DNA of 63,214 bases, counting the filler, from Lenisia limosa (lineage: Eukaryota > Protista > Breviatea): NCBI GenBank assembly GCA_001655205.1. It is 14 parts of 14 records of this genome, joined end to end, with 100 filler letters (N's around TTAATTAATTAA, not from the genome) between each part and the next. Parts side by side here need not be neighbours in the genome. Positions count along the whole stretch, not along the records: positions 13,638 to 18,329 come from LPNZ01001059.1; positions 18,430 to 20,932 come from LPNZ01004019.1; positions 21,033 to 34,907 come from LPNZ01000035.1; 11 more parts are not named here. One strand, given 5' to 3'. Below the pieces are notes generated by a model that saw nothing but the letters and a program-made list of their open reading frames with translations, ran no database searches and was not told where the DNA came from. Shown piece by piece: positions 16,170 to 29,600 of the stretch (positions are counted from its first letter, which is position 1; every line of letters starts with the position of its first letter). The translations under genes and the position numbers were made by a program.

Positions 16170-16809
16170 ATTGGTTAGAAATAAGTTTACAAATGAATTC
16201 ATATTCTGCAATTTTAAAGGGCTCGCTTGACTAGATAGTGTTTTGGATTAGTTTTGAGATTTAAAAAGTGATAATAACTTCAGGTGTAAGGGAACTTCTT
16301 GATTTTTAGATAGTTTTTTATATTTTGGCTTCGAGTCAACATTGCTTCGTCTTTTTTTTTTTCTTAAGTGAAAGCCATTTTTGAAAAATCGATAATTTTT
16401 ATGGTTGGTGTAAGTGCAGTAAAAAGCAGTGATAATATTTCCTGCTCTTTCCCTCTTGTGACCCAGGGAACACTCGATTATTCCGAGATTGGAAAAGCCA
16501 TCACCCTGGCTCCGAGCGATGCTTGCTCCCGTGTGTCAAACTCAAGGGGAGATTTTGGGGGTCCAGAGCGTTTCATTGAAGTTCCGCAATATAAAGACAA
16601 ATATCTGGAGCACGGAGTCTGGAGTTCTCAAGGTTTGCTTTGTGGGTTCAGATAACAACACTCTGCTTCTCCTCTTCTCTCTCGATTAAAAGCGGGAGTC
16701 TGCTTAAATTTTGAAAACAATGTTTTCCATTAATTTAGATGATGATTTCACAAAGTGGTGTCAAACAGAGACATTACTGTGCCCTATAAAGGAATTCAGC
16801 TTTTATGAG

Positions 16810-17420
16810 GGGATGTAGATGGCTTGAACAATGATCATTATATCAGTTTGAAGAAAGAGTGAAAGGGGGCCAACAATCACTGCTTTTGAAGAGCCACTAG
16901 CATCCACAATACTGTCCCTAAAGCCCTTCTTTTCTTACTTTTTATCAATGGCCAAAGGAATGTCTTCGCTTGAATTAGTTGTGAATGCAAGGGGGCCACA
17001 GACCTGGGGATTTTGAAGATCCCCAGATCTCTGACAGATCTCCGACAGCTCTGCGACAGATCTCCGGCAGTCTAAAAATATGATTATTTTTTCACTCTCC
17101 AAAGCGTCAAGAATGTTGTTTTTGAAGACAATATTTTTGACATTTTTGAATATCAGATACACGAGCCAGATCTTGACAAATCTGCGACAGATCTCTGCAG
17201 ATCTCTGACAGATCTACAAACAAATATCTAGATCTCCCAAAAAAATATATTGGAAAAATCCCCAGATCTGTGGCCCCCTGTGTGAATGAGCCAATCTCCA
17301 ATGGTTTTGAAAGCTGCCCATGTCTCAACCGCGGAAATTTTTTTTAAAATTAGTGTTCTCCAAATGGAGTTTAATCGTTTCCGTGAGATGGTGAGACGCA
17401 GGACTGTACTAATGAGTCAA
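16810..17420 (-). CDS. Probable coding exons interrupted by a hAT MITE
   Basis: Removing the MITE plus one TSD restores IWRTLILKKFPRLRHGQLSKPLEIGSFT-TNSSEDIPLAIDK, followed by a putative 21-nt intron (16918-16938). Confidence 0.35.
16988..17280. mobile_element. hAT-type MITE, family 2 (293 bp)
   Basis: ~25-bp TIR AGGGGGCCACAGAyCTGGGGATTTT; perfect 8-bp TSD TGTGAATG (16980-16987, 17281-17288); many subterminal AGATCT motifs. Confidence 0.92.
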
Positions 17421-18699
17421 ACACGGAATCTGAGCTGCATTTCAAAGTTAGTTGTGTAATTATGTTTATAAGTATTTTTAGAAGATCACACAAATAGTTT
17501 TAATCACTTGTCGTGTGTTACCCAATTATATCGTATGGTTATGGGACTTTGTCACCCTCATCGTACTCAATTGTTTCCTTGATTNNNNNNNNNNGCTTGT
17601 ATAAGGATTATTGTTAAGTAAAGGTAAACTCAGGACATATCCAGCCAATTACCGCTTGAAGGTCAAGCGTTCAATGTTGATTGTGCGATAAGGATAAGGG
17701 ATTTTCTTATCATTTAGTCCAAATAATAACACTGAGTCTGGTTTCGAAACCATCTCCTCGTGGTTGATGCTGTTGACGGAAACATTCGCTACAATATTGT
17801 AGACGAATTATTTTCTGCGTTCTCAAGCTCGGTCACCCTTGCTGCCTTTATCAAATACCAGCTCAAAATTGATGTCAAAATTAATGGTGAAGTATCTTTC
17901 CAACAGAAAAACAGACCGAACTTGTTTGTTACTCAGTTTGTTTTACTTTGTAGACTGCATAATATGACCAACTTGCTGCCTCAAGTCGGCTTGATGATAT
18001 TACGTCTAAAAAAATGCTCAGGTGATAAGAACAACGAATACAACAGGACATTTCTAATAGTTCAGCCTGTCTATGAAGTCGACCCTCCTTGGATTGAACA
18101 TAGTAGCTCTGTCGTGGCACTCATACTCATGTTTTGGAACATTTCTTGTACGAGGCGATAGCATAATTTCGGTGGCTGTACATGACCGGGGTTGAGAACG
18201 GGCGTCAGTTCAGGAGCCAGGCATCGTAATAAAAGAGGTGGCTTCGGCGCCGGCGGGGAAGAAACGATGTTGGTGATAATACGAGGATCGCCAAAACCAG
18301 GGGGGAGGTCATCTTCATCTTCATCATCANNNNNNNNNNNNNNNNNNNNNNNNNNNNNNNNNNNNNNNNNNNNTTAATTAATTAANNNNNNNNNNNNNNN
18401 NNNNNNNNNNNNNNNNNNNNNNNNNNNNNCAGGCTGAAGACTTTCACCATCACACTTGCGAGTAAAATATTAATTCACCCGTGCTTTGTACACAGCTTTT
18501 TGCGTGCCGACACAACGGCGCAATGACTTGGGTTTCTTGTGGAAATGTCGTCATTCCCATCTTCTACATTGGAATTCCATCGATTTTTATGGAAATTTGA
18601 AGAAATTTATAGGATTCTCATATAATACATGGGAATCCCGAGTTGACGCAGCCGCAGCCCGGCATACAATAATATTTCTCAAAATATATGTTCAGCTCA

Positions 18700-20905
18700 T
18701 GTACCACCCCTTCTCCGCACACCTGCTTTCGTCATAATGGAGGTAGGAAGGCGGCTCAACAACCGCTCCCGTCACAGCCTGCTGGACATCTTCCAAGGAC
18801 TTTAACAGGAGATTTGTGATGCCTTGCGTTAGGAGAAGTTCACAGAGTCGAATAGCGCTTCTCAGGCCACGATATGTTCTGGATTGTTACTTGTAGATTT
18901 CGGATATTCTGATCGAAAGATCATTTTTGAAATTGTTTGGTCTGCTTTATTAAAATATTCCCTCTTCCCTCCCTTCAATTCAACCTTCTCGAAAAATACG
19001 ATAGCCTCCGAACCAAAACAATGAGTGAAATCGATTTGTTTTCCAATTGAAAAAACGTCCTCCCATGAAGTGGTCTTTTTATTTGAATCAATACCCAAAT
19101 ACACAGTACTTACAAGCTCCACTCCCCACCTCTCAGCAGCCTTGATCTGCTCGAGAAGAACCTTCTTGCCGCCCTTAGTTGCCAAAACCACATGGGCACA
19201 ACTGTCACGGATTTCGTTCTAAAGGGTGATGGGGGGGGGGGGTAAAATTGAACAATGTATGAAANNNNNNNNNNNNNNNNNNNNNNNNNNNNNNNNNNNN
19301 NNNNNNNNNNNNNNNNNNNNTAAAACGATGGAAGAGGAGGTGTAATCTTAGGGCCTTTACACTGGAACAAGAAACTGCCCCTATCAACCGTTGCGAAATC
19401 GACGAGACGTTGAACATTTGCCACAACATGGGGAATCCTCAGGGACGCCTGGTGGAAGAAGTCCTGGGTGGAAGTGGCAGAGAGGGGAGATATGAATACT
19501 GCTGCAGTTAGGGAAATATGAGGAAATAATATATAAGAAAGAATCTGGCCGAAGCCGTCCACTCCATCACAAGAAGTAAACAAATATACTGCCCATCCCA
19601 TCTACAGTGACTGGGATACGTCTGTGCTTGACCGGTCAAGACTAATCCCTGTCACTGTATATACACAAACAACCAACTTTATTTAAATATCTAAATGGTG
19701 TGAAGAGAGATCTATTTCCACCCTATTACTAGCATTGTCACATTACATCATAAAAACATGAACATAATATATGTAGATTTATCTCCATTTATACACCACT
19801 AGACCCAAGTATATTTCCCCCAATTTCCAGCCACGTACATTTTTCTTGTGAAATTCGGTCGGAAATAGCTCGGACCTCACTGATCATTTTGTGGAGGAGA
19901 GGGTTGAAGAAAGCATGGTGGAGATGAAGCTAGAAAGTTGGAGGAATAATGGAGGAATAATGGAGAAAAATCCTTGTGGGTCTGAATATTGGCAGAATAA
20001 TAGAGAGGGAAATCCTTGTGAGTCTTAAAGTTGGCGGAACGGTCAAAGGATCTGATGAATGTGCAATTTAACATACCCGAATTGCCTATGTAAAATTCAT
20101 AATAATAAAAAAATGAAAATGAAAACAATACCAGGACAAGAAGTTAGAGAAAGATAAAAAAGGAAATGTAGAAAAATCTAAATGGAAAAGAACCCCTTCC
20201 CCACAGCAATCATCATCCTTGAGGTTCTTGAATTGAGTGCTGCTTTTTTGAGTCTGAAAATTTGTGAGATAGGGGTGGGGGGGGGAGATTGATAAGGAAA
20301 AATTTANNNNNNNNNNNNNNNNNNNNNNNNNNNNNNNNNNNNNNNNNNNNNNNNNNNNNNNNNNGAAAAAAAAACTTCAACTAAGTATGTAGAAGGGGGT
20401 GGACTTAGGGCTTCAACTCGGTTCGAAAAAGGACCGAATTTTTCGATAAATCCTCGAAAACTGTCGATATTTTCCCAGTCATTATCGAACAAAAACTAGG
20501 TGGATTGCATGAAACCCAAGGTGGATTGCTATTATATTGCATGAAACCCTAGGTGGATTGCTATTGCATTGCATGAAACCCTAGCCAATCATGTAGAGAG
20601 CTCATCATTTGCAATACCAACCCAACAGCAATATAGTAATAATGATCACACCATCACGCTTATAAGAGATATTGAATTATAGTATCTGGCCGAAGCCGTC
20701 CACAGCATCACGCTATTAAGAGATATTGGATTCATGCAACAGTAATAGGAATCATTTTGATCATCCCCCTCCCCCCATATACACAAATGTGAAATACCCC
20801 ACAAACAGAGTGAAACATTTCCGCACCCCCCAGAGTTTGAAGAACTTTAATTCGGATGCCGCGAGCACCATTTCACGCAACTGTGTGAACTCCTCAAATG
20901 AATAG
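18700..20905 (-). CDS. Multi-exon gene fragment, unknown product
   Basis: Exons FYSFEEFTQLREMVLAASELKFFKLW; LHLHHAFFNPLLHKMISEVRAISDRISQEK; DFFHQASLRIPHVVANVQRLVDF; NEIRDSCAHVVLATKGGKKVLLEQIK; AIRLCELLLTQGITNLLLKSLEDV. Confidence 0.6.
19605..19657. mobile_element. Tc1/mariner-type MITE, short copy
   Basis: TA|CAGTGACTGGGA...TCCCTGTCACTG|TA. Confidence 0.8.
20406..20495. mobile_element. hAT-type MITE, family 1, degenerate
   Basis: TAGGGCTTCAACTCGGTTCGAAAAA plus the family core GATAAATCCTCGAAAACT. Confidence 0.7.
20498..20585. repeat. Tandem repeat, ~3 units of up to ~32 nt
   Basis: GGTGGATTGC...ATTGCATGAAACCCwAG repeated. Confidence 0.85.
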
Positions 20906-21032
20906 AAATCTGGAGGGGTGGGGGGGGGGGGGNNNNNNNNNNNNNNNNNNNNNNNNNNNNNNNNNNNNNNNNNNNNTTAATTAATTAANNNNNNNNNNNN
21001 NNNNNNNNNNNNNNNNNNNNNNNNNNNNNNNN

Positions 21033-23301
21033 TCTCGGGGAGTAAGGGACTTTGCTATGCTTCCCGTCCAGGGCCTGGTGCTTGACGATGCGATGGGCGC
21101 CTTCCTAGTCGGTATGCTCGGGTGCTGATCTCAATATGATTACCTAGTTAGATCCAATGATTCATCCCTCTCTGTTTTCTTTCTTTGTTGAAAAGCTTCA
21201 GCTCGCTTGTTTCAACGTCTCCTTTCTTCTTTACACGCTTTAACACGCCCTTCCCTCCAGGCCTGTTCTACGGTACATGGAGCCTTATGAGTAACACCTT
21301 TGCCGCCCTCTATCTCACCATTCTCAACTTCTTCGCCTCAATGAGTCTCTTCGTCATTCGTCTCACGTTCGACAGGAACTTCCAGGTTTGCCACTGGGGG
21401 TTTTTTTGTATGAAACTGAATGAAGTATCAAAACATTATAGGCAAAGTATCACAATCCAAAAAGGTGCACATACAACTCATGACCCCACATTCGCCACAT
21501 CCTTACCCCCCCCCCCAGGTTATGAAGCAACGGGCTGGGCGAGCGAGGCCGAAGAACCTGTGGAGAGGCGTGAAGGCGGGAGTGAAGGAACTGTTCAGGG
21601 GCATCTTGAGTGCTCTGACTGGCCTGGTCATGTTACCCCTCCAGGTAAGGGGCGGTAGCATTGATGCTCTTTGGAGCACGAACAATGCACCATTTACCTT
21701 TATGACTGCGCTCAAGAATAAGCAAATATTATAGCTATTATGGTAAAAGGACTCCAATGACACACCAGGGTGCGCACGAGGGATTTGCTGAGTTTCTCAT
21801 CGGTATTCTGAAGGCAATCATCGGTTTCCCCCTGAAGGTAAGGAGATTATGAGGATATATTGTTGATCAAAACAGCACTTTTGTTTCATAAATAGCAATA
21901 CCAATGTGTTGTCTAAAAAGTTATGGAAGACTACACCAATTGGACACCATAATGCCACATGATTTCGAATTTTTTCACGAATTGGTCCTCTCATTCACTA
22001 TCAGATACCCATATTACACCTCAGATTATTGGCGGGGCGTTTGACTTGATCTGGTTGACAATGGAAGGCCTTAAAAACGGCCTCGTGCCTGGAGTCAGAC
22101 GTCTTCACCAGCCCAGGTAGGGGTGGGCACATGTTATACGTTATATGGTTGAGTGATTAGGTGGACTGATTTGATATACTCTTGAATGACCACTTTCGCA
22201 GAAGCCGCTATGATGATGTTGAGCAACTGTCCAAGTTCCGCCTGGCCCTTCTCGCTGCTGATGAAAGGTGGGAATGCAATCTGCCTGTTCAATGCTATCG
22301 TACAGCTACGTTTTAAAATAACAAAATACGCCCATTTTTCTTCAGATATTTTCTTGACAAGTCTTCAGACACTTTGAACAAAATATTTATCTAACATTCA
22401 GGTTTATTCTTGCTTTGGCTGGACACACGAAAACGCGAAGAGGTCGCATAAGGTCAGTTACACTGCGGTGTCTGATGGTACATCCCATATTTCTTGTAAA
22501 CGTCTTCTTGAGACTATTTCGGTACATCAGCGCTCAGTTTGTCATAGGTCTAATCAATTAGGTCCCGAATCATCATTCTCTCGGACAAGGCATTCTATAC
22601 TATCAACATTACAAGGCTGCTTTCCGCTCAGCTCGTTTCCACGGTAGGAGTTTTTCATCTGTTCTCTTCTTTTTTGTTGTTATTTTAATATTCCCGATTT
22701 ATACCCGCTGTAATGTGTATGAAAGCAATCACACTCACAGGTACACTATCACGGGGTAAGCCGCGAGATTTACTGCCCGAAGCGCTACCCTCTTCTTGAC
22801 GTCGAGTCTTTGGTGGTGCCCACTTTCGCAGAGGCCAGGCTCATCATTCGCCTCAAAAACGTCATCCATAGAAGGTGGGGTAATGGATATCATGTGATTT
22901 ACTACAACTTTATTTAAGCTAGAGTGACTTAAAGTAAACCAATCTTCTTATTAACCAATTAGGACTGTTGTTGAGTACCTTCTTCCCTTCCGTGACATGT
23001 TCATCACATCCGCCACTGCCCTTCAGCCTGATATTCAAGTCGAGACAGACTTGTCCACTTAGTTATTTCTTTTGGTTTCCTTTCTTTTCTTTTAGTATTT
23101 GCGCTCTTTGAGAGAGCTTTAGATGGTAAATAAATCCACTGTCTATCCAATATAGCCCTTTGTGAGTAAACGTCAGAGGGGAATGAAGTCCACATGAACT
23201 ATGGCCAACAACTGCTCCAGCAAATCAAGAACATATGTATGGCGGTATACCTGACTTACGGGTTTGACCCAGATCGAGCCGTTTTTGGTAGGCGACTTTG
23301 A
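21033..23301 (+). CDS. VPS13-like lipid transfer protein, C-terminal exons
   Basis: GVRDFAMLPVQG; RARPKNLWRGVKAGVKELFRGILSALTGLVMLPLQ; GAHEGFAEFLIGILKAIIG; IIGGAFDLIW...LHQPR follow the order of the VPS13 C-terminal glycine-rich helices; TGA at 23299. Confidence 0.72.
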
Positions 23302-23629
23302 AAACCAAGGACAGATTTCCGAGACGGTAATCCATAAAAATACCACTTTAATTTATTTTACATGGCCCCCTATTTGTATCAATATCCCTCTCCTCAAAAC
23401 TAAAGAAATTTCGATTCGGTTCGATCACGAGAGCAAGAAAACAGACATACATCACTACCTACCAGAAATCCTAAGAGCTATCCAGAACTATTGAAACACA
23501 TCACATCGGTCGGTCGGTAAGTATCTCCTCTGATTAATGAGTTAAGTGGAGAGGTGCAGAATAAAACAAAAAACACAACAAAACGAAAAAGAGTCAGCAG
23601 CACACCAATCATAATAACAGGTGTAGTAG

Positions 23630-26600
23630 CTCGAGGGGAATCAGGCGGCGGGGGGCTGTAGGGTAAGTTGGTGGGGGCAGTCAGTTCAAAAAAGAAACAT
23701 GATATTATTGAAAAAAAGGTATCGTCACTCGAGTGTGCTTTGAACTGTTTTCTCACTTTTCTCTAATTTGACGCCTTCGTGGACTGAGATCGGCAACATC
23801 GATTCGTTCGTTGCTGCTTTGCTGGGGTTTTGACGACAACGGACGAGGCCTTCTGGCACTCCACCTCGACTCATCCCGGGGATAGATGCCTGACTCTGGG
23901 GGGGGGGGGGNNNNNNNNNNNNNNNNNNNNNNNNNNNNNNNNNNNNNNNNNNNNNNNNNNNNNNNNNNNNNNNNNNNNNNNNNNNNNNNNNNGTTGAACT
24001 TATTTTACCTCTTATCTGACATAAAATATGTTCGTACTATGACAAATGGCTCGTGTATAATTCCGTATTCTGCTCACCATCATCCAGAATATCTTCAGAG
24101 TCCGACACTTGGCGGACAAATGTGGACGGGATTTCTTCCTGTAAACATGAAAAAGGCCTTTTATTGTTTAGAGTTCCGAAATTCCCAGGAAAATAGACAC
24201 GACCATTCAAGCAATCTAATTCCCTTAATCATCACAAGGGCTTCCTGACAATAATGATGCCCTAATTATGAAAATAAGGATTCCCTAATCATAAATAGGC
24301 TTAGCAAAGCTATCTACTCGTACCAGTGAAGCATCTTCATTGCTGGAAAGGGAGGCTTGGGAGTCTGGGCAATGAATGAAACTACTGAGTCTGTTCGAGT
24401 AACACAAAACTATACCCACCAAGCAAACCGAATGAGGAAGGAGGCATCAGAAGGGACCCCGAAGACAGGTGCTGAGGATCTCGCGGGATGGAGGGAGAAT
24501 CAAAGTTTGGAGTTGGAACATCCGCCGCATCATCATCTTCGTCCATATAATCGCTATGAAGAACTGAACTGTCGTCTTGAAGTAAGGATATATCCTGTAC
24601 TGTATTGTCTTTGCTGTATTGAATTTCGCTGTCTTTGTCATCATGCGGCGACGTGCTGATATCTAACAACGTAAGAAAGTGACAACGTTGCAGTACGACC
24701 CATTCATCGACTAAGTGAAACACCAGGTAAAAAGCAACCCCCGAAAAAATGAACTTGTATCGATGATCAATGTTCCCATATAACAATATCGACAAATCAT
24801 TAACATTTCTTTGAGCTGAAACAATCCCCCAAGCCTAAACAACGCACCAAAAGACATCTGGATAACATCGGGAGTCTCAATTTGCGGAGGAGGAGAATTG
24901 GCCCCTGGACCACTACCGGCAATGAGCTGGGGCGGTTAATCAAATTGGAATAAAAAAAGAGCTTCGTTGTCCTCATATCTTGGACTTCCCTACGGTCCAA
25001 CAAATACCGTCAAAATATCGATATTTATCGTGAAATTCAGTCTTTTTTTTGGGACCGAAGGGAAGCCTTTCCCATAACACAAATATATTAACATCATCAT
25101 TCTCAAGACGGACTAAATGATAAGACCAAACATTTCGCACCTCGGATACATCAGAATCGCATTCGCCGTCGCTTTCACTCTCGGGAAATAGTTTCATGTC
25201 GTCATCCTATGAAGTTAGACACTGGTTATAATTTAGGTCAAATGTTTCTTAAAATATGACAAAATGCCCATTTAACACTTAATCGATAGAAAAGCAAAAA
25301 GCCAATCTAAACCCTTTCCACGTTACCAACTTCATCCCTAGCAAACCTCGAGAGGCTGGAGGCAAGGAGGCGGCAGGCTTGATTCATCCTCAAACTGGGG
25401 GCTTTGGACTGCTATGGGCTTCTAAATAGATTATAAATGACGCCGCACTGACTACACCAGAATTATGTGAGAGGAAGAGAATCAGAATAACTGGTTGTGA
25501 GCTTTTTTCTGTACAAGTATAATATAATATATCAGATCATATATCATGCCCCCCACCTCATCATGCCCCCCACCTCATCATGGCTGACATCGGGCACCGA
25601 GCTGCCAGACGATGATGGTCGACTTCGCATCACTGCGGGTGAGTAGGAGTTGCTGATGTAAGGACCCCAGAAGTCGGAAACCGAAAATAAAGGGATTGAA
25701 TGAAACTGTCCAATATAAGATTCCGATTGAGTTTCTTCTACCTTCGTTAACTGAATATTCCATTCCTTATATCGCCCAAATTATTGTATAAACGAGTAGC
25801 TAAAGGGAAGAATTGAGCAGAGAGTATAGCCGAAACTAAAATTAAAGCAGTCGGCTCACCAATTGGGGGGAACTGCGACGGGGATTCTGTTGTGCTCCTT
25901 CCGGGTACTGAATGCGCCAAATCTGAGAAACAGTTATAACTATTTATCAAATGACTGTGTTTATTATTGACAAGTTGCAAATAAGAGATATCTACACTTC
26001 AAAATGTGCATTGATATAGAGCATTCACTTTCCTCCCACTGTTCCAAGTAATAAAGGATTTTACTTCCCACTTACAGCACCCCTCACCATGATGGGCTGA
26101 AACTGGCCGGGGTATAGGCAGCGGAGGGAATTGACTCACGTGACTGTTGAACTGAACTGTTTGCGGCTCGGAGTGGTCAGAAAATGGGTTTGAGCTCGGG
26201 TTTGGCGGGCCTCGCGGTGTAAGGTCCACTGCGGTGGCGGAATGGTAGTTCGAAACAGCGCCGAGTTTCGGGTTGTGGATGGAGGTGAAGCTTGATGCTC
26301 GCGATCTATGAGATCTGTGAAAACAAATATGAGATAATAATACAGCCTTATATGAGGCTGCAGCCAAAAGAAAAAAAGAACATTCCTTATTATTCGTGTG
26401 TTAGGTATGATAATTTGTCACACTCCTGAGATTTGCTGTCCTTTCCACGAAACCCACCTGAGAGGGGGAGGGACAATGGGGGAGTTGCAGACTGGACGAA
26501 GGGGCGAACCCAGGCTGTGAGGTTATGTACTTGATCTTCATTTCGATTGACACCAGAACAAACAAAAAACAAGAGGATATTATTCATCATGTGACATGAT

Positions 26601-29600
26601 ATTGTCATCCCTAATTGAATGGTATAATATTACTATTGAATGGGATTGCAAAACACAAACTTTGCCACCAAGGCACATCCCAAAAAAGCAATGCTATCAT
26701 CCTACATTGGGCTTGTAGGGGGCGAGAAAGCGGAACCCTCGCCACTTGCCGACGGATGACAGTCCAATGGGCCGACGGTAACAGGGCTGTGAACAGGACT
26801 ATGAACTGGACTGTGGACCGAGCCAGAAATGTTGGGCATGGGGATGGAGGTTGAGCTGTTGGAAAGGTTGCTTCGGGACACCATAACGGACGGGTGACAC
26901 TTCCACTCAACATGGGGGCGCCATGACGCTAAAGTGGTCAGGATACTGTCTGCTAATAAACCACACTACCTTCACAACATTGTTTTAGCGCAAAAAGAAG
27001 TACCGTTTTAAGAATCCCATGCCCCACTACATTGCTGATATCACCCCTTCAATTCCTCTTCTGCATATTGAGAATCCGCCCCACCTGAAGCAGCCTGAAG
27101 TGCTTCCGACAGTTTGAGCACCATTCGTCCCTGATAAGTGAGTGTACACAGCTTGTTGTAATGTATATAATATCACATCTTTTTGTCCCAAGGTAATCCC
27201 TTTAACATGTCCCGAAGTACTCCCTATACCTGTATTCCTACGTCACTTCCGACTTCTGACGCCGGGCTCCATTCTCCCGACATTTCAGGGGGCTGGACAA
27301 AGAGGAGCGCGTACGCAAGAACTTGTGTAATCTGTGCATGTTAGAAGAATCTAAAGAACTACTTGGACAATAATCAATATTGTGCAGCGATGTATCTTCT
27401 AACACATGGATAAGAGCAAACTATACTACCATTGAAACAAGAAAGCCCGCCAAGGTCACACCTCTTTCATCTTCTGCTCCTGGAGGCCTTGTGTTATGAA
27501 CTGAACTAATCCAACAAGCAGACTGACTACTCCGGCAACTAAACGTGTAATAAAGGGTTCACATTGAAACCATAGCTGTATTGATATGACAATAAAGTTG
27601 GAAATTAAGAAAGGCGTAGGGCTTCGAAAAATAAATATCAATAATTTTCGTGGATTTATCGAGAAATTCAGTCTTTTTGAGAACCGAAGTGAAGCCCTAG
27701 TAAGCCGGGAAATAAGAGTGAAGGCAATATGCTATGTCGTGAAATAGCACTGTCGACTACACACCTACCTATTGGAGGAAGACAGGCGGATGCAGTCGTC
27801 ACGTGCGGTCCACTCTGGACTGAAGGGTAAAGAAATGAGTGCACTTGGTTAATATATGATCCATTTACTATCACAACATTATATAACATCAGTTACAGAA
27901 CCAAACTGATCGCCAACCCCTCATACAGAACCGTTCGATCAGCTCCTCATTGAAAAGCGGCTCCTGATAAGTCAAAAATAGAGGATTAGTTCCGCTTTTA
28001 TATTGGATTTAATATTGTGTTGCAAAGCAGATGAAATTGAAAAATATTGAGAGATTTTCTGTTTGAAGAGGCGATATGGTGAAACCGAGCGCCCAAAGTA
28101 TCCAAATAAGGGGATGGTGGGAGAAGTATGCACACACTGCACCCGGTAGCTCACATCAAGACCGACAAGCCAGTTGACAATGAACAACACAGCGGCCTCA
28201 ATAGGCTGACTTTCACATGCCGATTGGCACGGGTCAAGGTTAAGGTCTCTCTGAGAAGTAATTAGGTACAAATCTAAACTTTAGATTTTTTGACATGCAA
28301 AATGTTTCACCTGTCAATGACCACCCAACAATAGTGTCAAAAATTTAAAATCGATAAATTGAAAGAAAAACAAAGAAACATTATCATTTGACTGATTAAG
28401 AACTATAATTTTCAACAAATAGCACCCTATGATTTTACCACGCCAGCCTCACCGTGAGCCTTCGGGCCTCTTCCCGAGTGTCCATACTGGGTTCCTTGCT
28501 GTAAAGATGCGCGAAATACTAAGTCGTAAGGTCAAGTAAGTGGGGGAAGGTCATCAAGTAAGTGGGGGAAGTTTGGAGAAGTTGTCATAAACCCCACGTT
28601 AGCAGCTTTGGAATCTGTTCCGTTTTCTCGTCGGGCGGTAATCATTCGACAAACCGACTCAAGTGCCTGTAATGTTAACAAAGAACCAGTATTATCTGCT
28701 AATATCAATATTTCCGCTGTCATTATAACGTAATAGTGTTGAAACAATATGAGAATAATTCGTCAACATCAGAACGTGTTCAATTCCCTCCCTACCAAAG
28801 GCCTGAACTTTTTTATTCTCCGTGCAGTACCATGGAGGAGGATCCCTTGTCTAGTGAGACGCGCTGACAGGCCTGGAGCGTGAAGGCTGTAAATTTGCTT
28901 CATCAAAAGCTCGGCACATATTGGACAATAAAAATGAAACAGCAAATTGTCACATACCCCCAACTCTTTCCATCAACCCCCCCCCCCCCNNNNNNNNNNN
29001 NNNNNNNNNNNNNNNNNNNNNNNNNNNNNNNNNNNNNNNNNNNNNNNNNNNNNNNNNNNNNNNNNNNNNNNNNNNNNNNNNNNNNNNNNNNNNNNNNNNN
29101 NNNNNNNNNNNNNNNNNNNNNNNNNNGCGATGGAGTCGAACGTGGGCAATTGCCTTTGGTAATCAATTGAATCCAAAATGTAACTTTCCAAAAGAAGGAA
29201 CAAGAAACAGTCCCCTTTAAAAAGAAGGCGAATTTATTTTGGAAAATACGAAATCGTGCTCAGAATAAACACCGTTTCAGTTTCCAGTAAGGCATCGCCC
29301 CCACCTCATCAGCAGACATGCCACTTGTGAAAATGAAGAAACAGGCTATCGCCAACCCAGTTCTCCCAATACCGGCATGGCAATGTACCGCAATCTGACG
29401 TTAATTAAAATGGGGAGGGAAAGATGAATTCTAATTGCGGAAATGTGCTTTATTTGGTTCATGAATATGAATAACACACACTCTCCCAAACAATGAAAAG
29501 CTCAAAATAGTATTATTTATATGAAGGATTACACGGAATGTTGATATAAAAGCTTCACAAAAAATCAGAAACACAATCAACCAACTCTCTTTCCTCCAGC

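Noticed and set aside
20498-20585. CRISPR-like array (also 42480-42575 and 17000-17270)
   Set aside because: No unique spacers of constant length, eukaryotic context, and no cas genes.
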